From positions 961,252 to 1,025,251 of the forward strand of contig MFAS01000001.1 in assembly GCA_001774685.1 (NCBI GenBank): a DNA stretch of 64,000 nucleotides. The letters run 5' to 3'. A program made the position numbers and the translations under genes. Below are positions 56,548 to 64,000 of this stretch, piece by piece. The notes under the pieces were generated by a model that worked only from the letters and a program-made list of their open reading frames with translations, made no database searches and was not told the DNA's origin. This DNA comes from Candidatus Collierbacteria bacterium RIFOXYD2_FULL_45_13. GTDB lineage: Bacteria; Patescibacteriota; Microgenomatia; UBA1400; MFAQ01. Numbering within the stretch: the stretch's first letter is position 1; the number at the start of each line of letters is the position of its first letter.

Positions 56548-57594
56548 TTACTTATCATCATCCAAATACCCCAGCGTACTCACCATGGTGTTGCTGGAGT
56601 CATAAACGGAAGTCAGCAGTTCAACGGCATCAGGGTCATTCTTCTGAAGAGCGATGAACAGATCGTCATAGGTCAGTAACACTCCTTTGACGTCCGACAG
56701 AAGATCAGCCGACATATGGCGCCTGCCAGACTCATGCTTCTTCAAAGCCATGATCTGTCGATCCATGTTGGCTAACAGCACCGGGAACTTCTCTTCCGCA
56801 TAGCCCAAGTGCGTCTGTGAATTAGCCAAAATATCGACCAACTCATACGCCAACTGGATAGCTCTTTGAAGTTCTTTCCTCACTTTTCCGTCCGCAATGT
56901 CGTGGATCTTCTCTGAGATCACATCAATTTTGGACGTTAAAGGGGCAAAAGACTGCCTGCGTAAAACCCGTTTGGCATTTTTCTTAACATACACAGACAA
57001 CCAAATCACGGTCCCCAATACAAACACGGCCATGACCAACCATACCGGCCAGGAAATATCTTCGGCCTTTGGCAGCTCTACTGGCGGTCTCGGTGTCGGG
57101 ACTGCCGTAGGCACCGGAGTTGGGGTCGGTAGCGGATTCTCACTCAGCCACGAGTGAACGTTCTGAGTGAATGTAATCAGGGCAGTAACGGGATCGTTGG
57201 ACACGCTACTGGCCCGTTGCATCTTGTCCCAGGCCACGCCTTCGGGCAAGAGGACACTGTACCCAATTACTTCCCGTCCGACAGCTAGTCCGACAGTCTT
57301 CTGATTACCAAGGCCCTCGGAAATGCTTCGAGCGATGGTATACAGGTCTGTGCCGGCCAGAGCTTCCGGGGGGAGCATCACCAGGACAATATTGTCACCC
57401 GGCGTGAGAAATTTGCCAAGTTGACTTTGTGTATCATATTCGGTTCCTGTGGCGCCAGGCGCCACATAGACGTTTGAGGTCTTTAGGGCCTCGATGGCGT
57501 CTGATACATAGTCACCCGCGGATACATTTCCACGAGGAACCAAGAACGAAAGCGCCACAGCGAACAATAGCAACACTTTCAACGGCTGCTTCAT
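56548..57594 (-). CDS. membrane protein: signal peptide, TPM-like ectodomain, Pro linker, TM helix, cytoplasmic coiled-coil
   Basis: KTVGLAVGREVIGYSVLLPEGVAWDKM resembles the TPM (TLP18.3/MOLO-1) core. PLPTPTPVPTAVPTPRPP linker; helix WPVWLVMAVFVLGTVIWLSVYV. Confidence 0.45.
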   Translation of the reverse strand: MKQPLKVLLLFAVALSFLVPRGNVSAGDYVSDAIEALKTSNVYVAPGATGTEYDTQSQLGKFLTPGDNIVLVMLPPEALAGTDLYTIARSISEGLGNQKTVGLAVGREVIGYSVLLPEGVAWDKMQRASSVSNDPVTALITFTQNVHSWLSENPLPTPTPVPTAVPTPRPPVELPKAEDISWPVWLVMAVFVLGTVIWLSVYVKKNAKRVLRRQSFAPLTSKIDVISEKIHDIADGKVRKELQRAIQLAYELVDILANSQTHLGYAEEKFPVLLANMDRQIMALKKHESGRRHMSADLLSDVKGVLLTYDDLFIALQKNDPDAVELLTSVYDSSNTMVSTLGYLDDDK

Positions 57595-57762
57595 CGTACC
57601 TCCTATAAGTTAATTTTCAACGTTCTTACTAACAGACGATATTTTACCATTTAACCATCGTTTGTCAATGGTTATGGGTCATTTTTGCCCCGCCTGCAAT
57701 AGCTGCGCTCTAGCGTCTGCGGGCAGGTTGAGTATTCGAAATCCCGAGTATCTCGAGGGGCA

Positions 57763-57789
57763 ATAAAATCCCCCGCCAGTTGGCGGGGG
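57763..57789 (-). terminator. terminator element aataaaatcccccgccAGTTggcggggg (copy 2)
   Basis: Downstream of the minus-strand TelA-like gene; one loop substitution relative to copy 1. Confidence 0.55.
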
Positions 57790-57813
57790 AAATACGGAAA
57801 TTCTGTTTGAAAC

Positions 57814-59127
57814 TTACGCGTTGCCGAGATCGGCAACCAGTTGGCCGAGGCGCGCCTCGGTCTCGATCTGCATCGCTTCGACCTTGTCCATGTTGTCGCG
57901 GGTATTCTGGATACCGCGGCTGGCAGCAGCGATGGTCGCTTCCAGGGAGCGCATGGTGGTCTGAACATCGAGCAGAGCGCTGTTGGCAGCCTTCTGGAGG
58001 GCATCCGCGGCAACGCCGACGGCGCCCGAAGCATTTGCTTCGGCATGGCGCACGTCCTGGCTCGCCTTGGCAATACGGAGGGCGGAGACGATGTCGCACA
58101 CCAGTCCGAGCTGAAGACCAAGGGCGGCGATCAGGTTGGTGCGGGTGAACTCGACATCCGCGCGGATGACAGCCACCGAAGCGTGAATGGTGCCGATGAT
58201 GGAGTAGAGACCGATCTCTTTCACCGCGAAGGCTTTGAGATCAATCAGGCGCTTGATCAAGATCTGCAAAAAGGTCTGTTGATCTTTCACCAGTTCGTTG
58301 ATCGGTCCGCGGTCCGCTCCAACGGCATTCTTGAGTTCTTTTTCAAGACGCTTCAGCTCAACACGAGCGTCGGCGATGATGGATTCGAGCGCCAGGCCGT
58401 TGACACAGGTCTGAAGCAGATCCTTTTTCACCATATCGCGGCGAGCGCGCAATGAGGCTGAAACGCGGTCAAGCATGACCGACTTCTGGGCCAGATCGTT
58501 GCCGACATTGCCCAAACGGGTCTGATAGCTGACCACGCGGTTGAGAACTTTGGTGAACAGGCGCTTGAAGAGGAAATCAATCGCTGACGCGTTTTCGCTC
58601 CAGCTCTTGAGGATCTGTGTCGCTTTCTCTTCGATTTCCGCGGCCTTGACGTCATCATCCTTGCTGATACTTCCGGCAACGCCAGTGGCCTGATCGAGAG
58701 CCTTTGCGACCTCGAGCTTCGCCATACCAGTGGCCTTGGTTTCGGCACTGTTGATAAACATCTGGACGATTTTGTCCGGGATCGTACCGTAAGTGGCCGC
58801 AGAGTCGATATTGAGCTGAACTCCCGCACGTCTGGCAATCTCGCCCACAGCATATTTCTGCTCCTGGCGGTCAAACCAAACGTTGATAACGTTCTGAAGA
58901 TTGAAGCTGTTACCTTCGCTATTGGCGAGATCGTCGATCTGGCTTTCAACCATAGCAAGATCGGTGCTGACCGAATCATCTGCCTTGGCAAGCTCGTCTT
59001 TGACGATCACGGCCTTTCCTTGAGCGGCCTGTTCCACATAATCGGCACGCTGAACAGCCAAACTAGCACTCGATTTACCTTCAGGAACATTACCGAGGGG
59101 AGCCAAAAGAATTTGCATGTCAGTCAT
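57814..59127 (-). CDS. TelA-like (toxic anion resistance family) coiled-coil protein, about 62% GC
   Basis: 437-aa all-helical soluble protein. The segment FLFKRLFTKVLNRVVSYQTRLGNVGNDLAQKSVMLDRV resembles the TelA core. Family assignment is tentative. Confidence 0.45.
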   Translation of the reverse strand: MTDMQILLAPLGNVPEGKSSASLAVQRADYVEQAAQGKAVIVKDELAKADDSVSTDLAMVESQIDDLANSEGNSFNLQNVINVWFDRQEQKYAVGEIARRAGVQLNIDSAATYGTIPDKIVQMFINSAETKATGMAKLEVAKALDQATGVAGSISKDDDVKAAEIEEKATQILKSWSENASAIDFLFKRLFTKVLNRVVSYQTRLGNVGNDLAQKSVMLDRVSASLRARRDMVKKDLLQTCVNGLALESIIADARVELKRLEKELKNAVGADRGPINELVKDQQTFLQILIKRLIDLKAFAVKEIGLYSIIGTIHASVAVIRADVEFTRTNLIAALGLQLGLVCDIVSALRIAKASQDVRHAEANASGAVGVAADALQKAANSALLDVQTTMRSLEATIAAASRGIQNTRDNMDKVEAMQIETEARLGQLVADLGNA

Positions 59128-59227
59128 TTCGTTTCTCCTTGAGTACTTCGGATTTGTTTCAGGTGGCTTTCGCCACCTGTCTTACCTAAGAAAAAAAGAT
59201 CTCCTAAGGTATCCCCCTTTTCGAAAA

Positions 59228-60391
59228 CTACTTGGCGTAGTTATCGAGAACGTACCGTGTAGCCGAGGTCAGTTGCTCAAACGGAAAAGCGATTAATGAC
59301 CATGGCTCGTTCGAGGGAATAAAGTCCGCGAACTGAATCGGGGCAATACTTACCAGTCCCGATCCGCGCATGCCTGTGGTTTCGGAAACCGTCTGGAAGA
59401 ATTCGACATTGTTAGCAATGGCGTCCAGATAGTCCTGACCCTTCTTGCTGACGGCGAATAGTGTGAAAGTACTCGTCGCAGTCTTCTTCATGTACACGAG
59501 TACATTTCCCTTCTCTTTCATCAATTCTGCCTTGTCGGCATACTTGATTGCCCAGCTGGTATAGCAGGACTCGGAGAAGATCGAGATATGAACCGAGTCA
59601 GTTCGTTGGTTCAGCCAGTTATGACAAAAATCGAGAGAGCTGTCCAACACCTTGCCGCTGCGCTCGTAGAGAGCGATCAGCACTTTGGCATACTCAGGCG
59701 ACAAGGTTGTAACTTCCTTGCCACTGGGATCCGTAAACTTCATGAGCGCCTCGGAACCAATCATGTCCTGTCCGCCTTTGAAGTAGTAAGCGAGTAACAG
59801 GTCCGCGCTTGGGACACCCACTGTCGACTTGGGAAACCCAATGTTGACAATGTTATCGATGTTGATACCCAAATCTGTGAACTTCTTATTCTCCACGTCC
59901 GCCATGACCAGGGCAGTCATCTTGTCGGGGTCAATGAAGTAAGTCGTTCGACCGTCATGCACTTCCGTGTATACATACCCGGCTTCCATGAGGGGAGTCA
60001 AATCATCCTGATCGGGATTCGATTTGATTGCCAGAACGTAAGGAGATGTAGAGATTACCATCTCGCTGAACACTTGCTGGTTCGGGATCTTCCCCGCGGC
60101 AACCAGAGCTTTGACTTCATTGAGGCAGTTGAGGGTGCCGGCTTGAATCAAGTCGACATCTTCCCACACACCCTTTTCACTACAAGTGTTTCTTCCATCA
60201 ACAACAGTAAGGTCAAAACCCAAACCGTCGTTGAATTCGTCCATCCGCGTGTTGGCTTTCCCAAAGAACACGTCACCGCCACGAACATTGAGTTCCGTAC
60301 GTTGGGCGCCTTTCTGGGATAAATACAATACTCCGGACAAGATCATTGTCAGGATCACCACGACACTCACGATCAAAGTTTTTCGGTTCAT
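59228..60391 (-). CDS. membrane-anchored extracytoplasmic protein (387 aa), substrate-binding-protein-like
   Basis: N-terminal TM anchor MNRKTLIVSVVVILTMILSGVLYL then a soluble domain. 1-nt overlap with the upstream gene. Confidence 0.5.
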   Translation of the reverse strand: MNRKTLIVSVVVILTMILSGVLYLSQKGAQRTELNVRGGDVFFGKANTRMDEFNDGLGFDLTVVDGRNTCSEKGVWEDVDLIQAGTLNCLNEVKALVAAGKIPNQQVFSEMVISTSPYVLAIKSNPDQDDLTPLMEAGYVYTEVHDGRTTYFIDPDKMTALVMADVENKKFTDLGINIDNIVNIGFPKSTVGVPSADLLLAYYFKGGQDMIGSEALMKFTDPSGKEVTTLSPEYAKVLIALYERSGKVLDSSLDFCHNWLNQRTDSVHISIFSESCYTSWAIKYADKAELMKEKGNVLVYMKKTATSTFTLFAVSKKGQDYLDAIANNVEFFQTVSETTGMRGSGLVSIAPIQFADFIPSNEPWSLIAFPFEQLTSATRYVLDNYAK

Positions 60392-60987
60392 TATCTTCCT
60401 CCTTCGGGATCAATTCCAGCCGACTGCATGTCGGTTTCCAGCTCATACAAGCCGGTGAGATATGTATCGGTCGGGTCAATCCCATCTTTCTGATACTTCA
60501 GGATTAGGTCGTCGAAATGGAGAAGGATTCCACGAACTTTCTTCGCTTCAACCGTCTCCAGAGGGTACATGCCCGATTCGTGGCCAAGCCATCTTTTCAG
60601 AAGACCGGTCAAGTTTCGAAGCATCGGTAACACCTTCTCTTCGACTTTTCCCTGCACCGTTTTTTTGCTTTCAAATTCGTTGATGAGACCCTCAAGTGTT
60701 AGAAGAGCTTTTCCATCTTCTTCGACAATCTCCGAATCTCTCACCTTATTGAGCTGCAAGGTGGCGAACTTCAAAAGCTTTTTGGCTTCGGAGAACTTGG
60801 CGATTCTATTCAACTTTCTCGCCTGATCATCGGGAAGCCACACGAATAGCACGTACAGAGTGACGAACGTCCCGAAGCCGATGATGAACGCGTATTCAAT
60901 AGCCGCCAGCCACCACACCAGAAAAAATACCGGTAAGGTGAGCAGGAGCCAGAGCGGATTACCACTCGGTTTTTGTTCCATATTCAC
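60391..60987 (-). CDS. membrane protein (198 aa): two N-terminal TM helices plus cytoplasmic helical domain
   Basis: LWLLLTLPVFFLVWWLAAIEYAFIIGFGTFVTLYVLFVWL then a charged helical region. Confidence 0.5.
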   Translation of the reverse strand: MNMEQKPSGNPLWLLLTLPVFFLVWWLAAIEYAFIIGFGTFVTLYVLFVWLPDDQARKLNRIAKFSEAKKLLKFATLQLNKVRDSEIVEEDGKALLTLEGLINEFESKKTVQGKVEEKVLPMLRNLTGLLKRWLGHESGMYPLETVEAKKVRGILLHFDDLILKYQKDGIDPTDTYLTGLYELETDMQSAGIDPEGGR

Positions 60988-60989
60988 CT

Positions 60990-62768
60990 CTAGTTTCCTA
61001 AGATGGCTTTAAAGGCATCAATCAAGCCCTGATCATTGTCACCGTTGAAGGTGGTGCCGTTGAACTGAGCTGTGTAGTCCTTGTTGATTGACACACCATC
61101 CGTGCCAAAGGCGATGCCGATGACCGTGATGTTGGAGTGGCCAAAGGCCTTCCAGTTTTGATAGAAGTCCCCAGCCAGAATCGAATGATTCATGTTCTCA
61201 CCATCAGTCAAGATGACGATGATGTAATCAACTTCAGAATTGTAGTTCGCCTTGATTTGCTCGAGTAGCTTGGTGCCACAGTCGAACATTTCAGTGCCAT
61301 TGGACTGGAAACCATTCAAGTTCTCGTACAGCTTGGTTTCCACTACACTTCTGTTCCAGTCTTCAGGATGATTCTCATCCCACGGGCCAATGAGCGAATT
61401 GATGTACTGGCCAGCCGGTTGGGTGTCGGTTCCATAGGAGCTGACAACCAGATCGCTGGTCATGGTGCTGAAGAAATAGTACTCAAACACGTCGCTTGGG
61501 CCGGGGACGATACGGTTAGCCTGCAACCAAGCAGGATCAGTGATCTTAAGGACTGCGCGATCAAGCGCTTGAATTTTGTAGACCGAGAATTGGTTGCTGC
61601 CCACCATGATGTCCATCTTTGGATTCTGAAGCATCGAAGGCGATACATCGATACAAGCCTTGGTGATCTTCGTCCGTTTGTACATGTCACGGTAGACCTC
61701 CAATGCTCGATCTGCGACCGCACTGATGGGAGCGTTCACCACCTGAACCCCGAAGGGGTTAGAGGCGACACCCCACTCTGCTTTAAACGCCGAGTCATTG
61801 TGACCGACGAGTGCCGCAGAACCTTCAGTGAATCCGGCCAAGTTGATGGCATTCTGAGCTTTACCTTCCAGCGAGTTTTCGTCGATCAGATAGCTGATCA
61901 GAGCATTCGCCAGATCGTTTTTCGCCATCTCTCCGCCTAGGTCCCGGGTTCCAATGGCGACATTCGCCTGGGCCGTGGCCTCACGGAAATAGAAGAAATA
62001 GAATACAGGTTTTCCCTGTTTCATGAGTTTCGCGTTCAAACCATTGTCACCCAACAAATCACTGTCGAAGGTGACGACGGTGTTGTATCCGGTCACTTCG
62101 CCGCTTAACGCAGCGTTGTAGACCAGATCAAGCGCCTCATTTGAACCATTTGTGGATTTGATCTGGTCGTACACGGCCTTACCGCAAGGTTTCACACTGT
62201 CAAGTCTGACAATGTCCGCGGTCAAGTTCGCCGCATCCGTACCGGAACACCACGCCATGGTAGAGAAAAAGAACTCGCGCGACGCAGAGCCGGCCATCGC
62301 GTTACTTGCCACCACCGAAATCGCCCCGGATTTCATCAGGGAAACGAAGTCGGCATATGACAAAACATTACCTTGCAGAGCAAGGCTGTTGACGATGTCG
62401 GATCTAATTGCCACACCCACTTTGTGAGAGGCAATCAGCTTTACTTTCTGAAGGCCGTCGGCATCGAGGGAGTCGTCGACGATCAGCACGTCAGGCGCAC
62501 CGGACTGGCCGGTGACCATTTTCTCTCGCCATTCGCGCATTTCTCGATCATTGGCGACCTGAACAAACAGCTGAACACCTTTCTCTTTCGAGAACTGGTC
62601 CAGCAGCAGGTTGTCACCATCCCCATTGCCCGCAAACTGGTAGGCACTGTTCCCGACCACCACGAACAGGTTCGCAGCTGTCGGATCAGAGGTCGCTTGC
62701 GTTCGGCAAGCCATAGCCACCAATGCCAAGATCAGCAGAGCAAAAAACATACGATACATCTTCTTCAT
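60990..62768 (-). CDS. lipoprotein with N-terminal periplasmic-binding-protein-like domain and C-terminal von Willebrand factor A domain
   Basis: MKKMYRMFFALLILALVAMAC lipobox. C-terminal VDYIIVILTDGENMN...ITVIGIAFG is a vWA core/MIDAS-like region. Confidence 0.65.
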   Translation of the reverse strand: MKKMYRMFFALLILALVAMACRTQATSDPTAANLFVVVGNSAYQFAGNGDGDNLLLDQFSKEKGVQLFVQVANDREMREWREKMVTGQSGAPDVLIVDDSLDADGLQKVKLIASHKVGVAIRSDIVNSLALQGNVLSYADFVSLMKSGAISVVASNAMAGSASREFFFSTMAWCSGTDAANLTADIVRLDSVKPCGKAVYDQIKSTNGSNEALDLVYNAALSGEVTGYNTVVTFDSDLLGDNGLNAKLMKQGKPVFYFFYFREATAQANVAIGTRDLGGEMAKNDLANALISYLIDENSLEGKAQNAINLAGFTEGSAALVGHNDSAFKAEWGVASNPFGVQVVNAPISAVADRALEVYRDMYKRTKITKACIDVSPSMLQNPKMDIMVGSNQFSVYKIQALDRAVLKITDPAWLQANRIVPGPSDVFEYYFFSTMTSDLVVSSYGTDTQPAGQYINSLIGPWDENHPEDWNRSVVETKLYENLNGFQSNGTEMFDCGTKLLEQIKANYNSEVDYIIVILTDGENMNHSILAGDFYQNWKAFGHSNITVIGIAFGTDGVSINKDYTAQFNGTTFNGDNDQGLIDAFKAILGN

Positions 62769-62943
62769 GCCTCACTCCTTTTCAAACAGAATGTCAAAGA
62801 TCCCGCGCGAAGTGCGGGGAGTTGAATAACACCGAAGATCATACTGTATTATGGGGCAAATGTCAACCGCCAAGGTTGCGCATAGACGAACCAGGTGTTA
62901 TTATAGGGCGAGTTTATGCGAACCTTCACATAAGGAGTCATCC

Positions 62944-63234
62944 ATGACCAAACGTTCTCCCTCCGCCTTAGCTATCTTCAATCATGCGCTAATCGAAATG
63001 CTCCCCCGCACCGAATGGTTTCACTGCAGCGGGCAAAAAGATCTCCGAGTCGAGCCAAAATATGGCTCGGCCACCAAAGTCTTCCGCAGTCGGATTATGA
63101 ACCCCGCCTACGCGCTTGTTTACTACAGCGCCAAACGTGTCGTCATTCGCAACTTCGGACTACATCCTCATTATCTTGAGGAAATCCGGGTTGCTTGTGT
63201 CGCTTGTGCAGACCTTCCGGTTGAAGTCATTTAA
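62944..63234 (+). CDS. small hypothetical protein (96 aa)
   Basis: ATAAGGAGT Shine-Dalgarno then ATG; trimmed from track ORF 62851. Confidence 0.45.
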   Translation: MTKRSPSALAIFNHALIEMLPRTEWFHCSGQKDLRVEPKYGSATKVFRSRIMNPAYALVYYSAKRVVIRNFGLHPHYLEEIRVACVACADLPVEVI

Positions 63235-63250
63235 TCCAAGGAATGCACAG

Positions 63251-63529
63251 ATGGCAAATCCATACGTTAAAGATCGCGAAATGGCGGACAAGCTCAAGAC
63301 AGCTCTCCCCGCTTGGTCAGTTTCTACGTTTGCGCATGGAAATGGCCAGCACGGAGTTTCGTTATTCGTGCCTGATGGTGCAGTTCACCGAGTCCTCGCC
63401 TCCATTGGAGATACTGTCCAGCTCACTAACCGTGGCTGTACCGAGTCCGAAGTCGAGCAAGTCATAGTGGCCGTAACCGCCAACACTAATCTCGAAATCG
63501 AACTCGTCGCACCCGCAGCTGTACTCTAG
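63251..63529 (+). CDS. small hypothetical protein (92 aa)
   Basis: AAGGAA Shine-Dalgarno then ATG (MANPYVKDREMADKL...); followed by a terminator. Confidence 0.45.
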   Translation: MANPYVKDREMADKLKTALPAWSVSTFAHGNGQHGVSLFVPDGAVHRVLASIGDTVQLTNRGCTESEVEQVIVAVTANTNLEIELVAPAAVL

Positions 63530-63540
63530 CTTCATTACCA

Positions 63541-63570
63541 AACCGCCCTCTTTCGAGGGCGGTTTTTCAA
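63541..63570 (+). terminator. Rho-independent terminator aaccgccctc-tttc-gagggcggtt plus T-run
   Basis: Perfect hairpin after the stop at 63529. Confidence 0.55.
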
Positions 63571-63620
63571 TATCTATTCTGCATCGAACAACGAATAACT
63601 TCGCACTAACAACTTCCCTA

Positions 63621-64000
63621 TCACCCCCCATCCTTCAGACTCGCCAAAAATTCCTTGTTGCTCTTAGTTCGTGCCAATCTCCCGATGAGAACCTCAGTTC
63701 TTTCATTGTCACCGAGCATATCGAGCATTCGGCGCATGAGGATGATACTTTGGTACTCCATCGAGTCAAAAAGCAAGTCGTCTCTACGCGTGCCGGATCT
63801 CATTACATCAATAGCTGGGTATATTCTCCGTTCGGCCAAGCGCCGATCCAGATGCAGCTCCATGTTGCCGGTACCCTTAAACTCTTCATAAACGAGGTCG
63901 TCCATCCTACTTCCGGTATCGGTCAAAGCTGTTCCGATAATCGTTAGGCTTCCTCCGCCCTCAATTTTGCGGGCAGCTCCAAAAAACTTCTTGGGAGGAT
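63621..64000 (-). CDS. rho: transcription termination factor Rho, C-terminal part (5' end beyond window)
   Basis: Translation ...[69 protein letters not shown] matches the Rho RecA-like domain C-terminus. Confidence 0.9.
   Translation of the reverse strand, partial: PPKKFFGAARKIEGGGSLTIIGTALTDTGSRMDDLVYEEFKGTGNMELHLDRRLAERRIYPAIDVMRSGTRRDDLLFDSMEYQSIILMRRMLDMLGDNERTEVLIGRLARTKSNKEFLASLKDGG

Noticed and set aside
57672-58991. Several overlapping ORFs (57672..58121, 57710..58099, 57780..58148, 57841..58455, 58428..58991)
   Set aside because: Open frames generated by the high GC content of the TelA-like gene region; none has start signals.

Overview
This 64-kb window looks like a reduced-genome, monoderm-type bacterium; the overall composition resembles Patescibacteria/CPR, which is an inference. 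GC is about 45% with local excursions. Genes are tightly packed and many start with an ATGA stop/start overlap. Several promoters are near-perfect sigma70 consensus and most terminators are strong Rho-independent hairpins.

Recognisable core genes:
- Competence: comM/yifB (partial, window edge), dprA, comEA, and a comEC split into two overlapping ORFs.
- Also obg, rho (partial, window edge), an M23/LysM peptidase, an M16 peptidase, a secreted HExxHxxGxxD metalloprotease, a FkbM-type methyltransferase, a histidine phosphatase and an ABC exporter pair (FtsX/MacB-like permease plus ATPase).
- Two tRNA-Ala genes (GGC on the minus strand, CGC on the plus strand), both with the G3:U70 alanine identity pair.

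The rest is cell-envelope and accessory content:
- (a) A 2275-aa Kelch-like/FN3 surface protein that contains a perfect 266-bp intragenic direct repeat. It is co-transcribed with the ABC exporter.
- (b) A five-gene cluster (30.9-36.9 kb). Two secreted beta-rich proteins end in a shared AG-Y-N-I-Y-A-SF motif. They alternate with two PapD-like-fold proteins anchored by a C-terminal TM helix. The arrangement is reminiscent of WxL/DUF916 or chaperone-usher-like surface-assembly loci but has no standard signature.
- (c) A 3038-aa giant ORF whose cytoplasmic N-terminus carries two tandem tyrosine-recombinase-type SAM-like core-binding domains. One TM helix follows, then a huge Gly-rich repetitive ectodomain. 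A type IV pilin gene lies directly downstream.
- (d) A GC-richer segment (54-62.8 kb) with a roughly 62% GC TelA-like gene, two SBP-like proteins (one fused to a vWA domain) and a 27-nt terminator element present in two copies.
- (e) An AT-rich (about 33% GC) HTH/LAGLIDADG-like gene that ends 8 nt before tRNA-Ala(GGC).

I found no CRISPR array, cas genes, restriction-modification system or rRNA.

Coordinates taken from the ORF track are reliable. Coordinates I derived by hand (promoters, terminators, tRNAs, trimmed starts) are accurate to about +/-2 nt.
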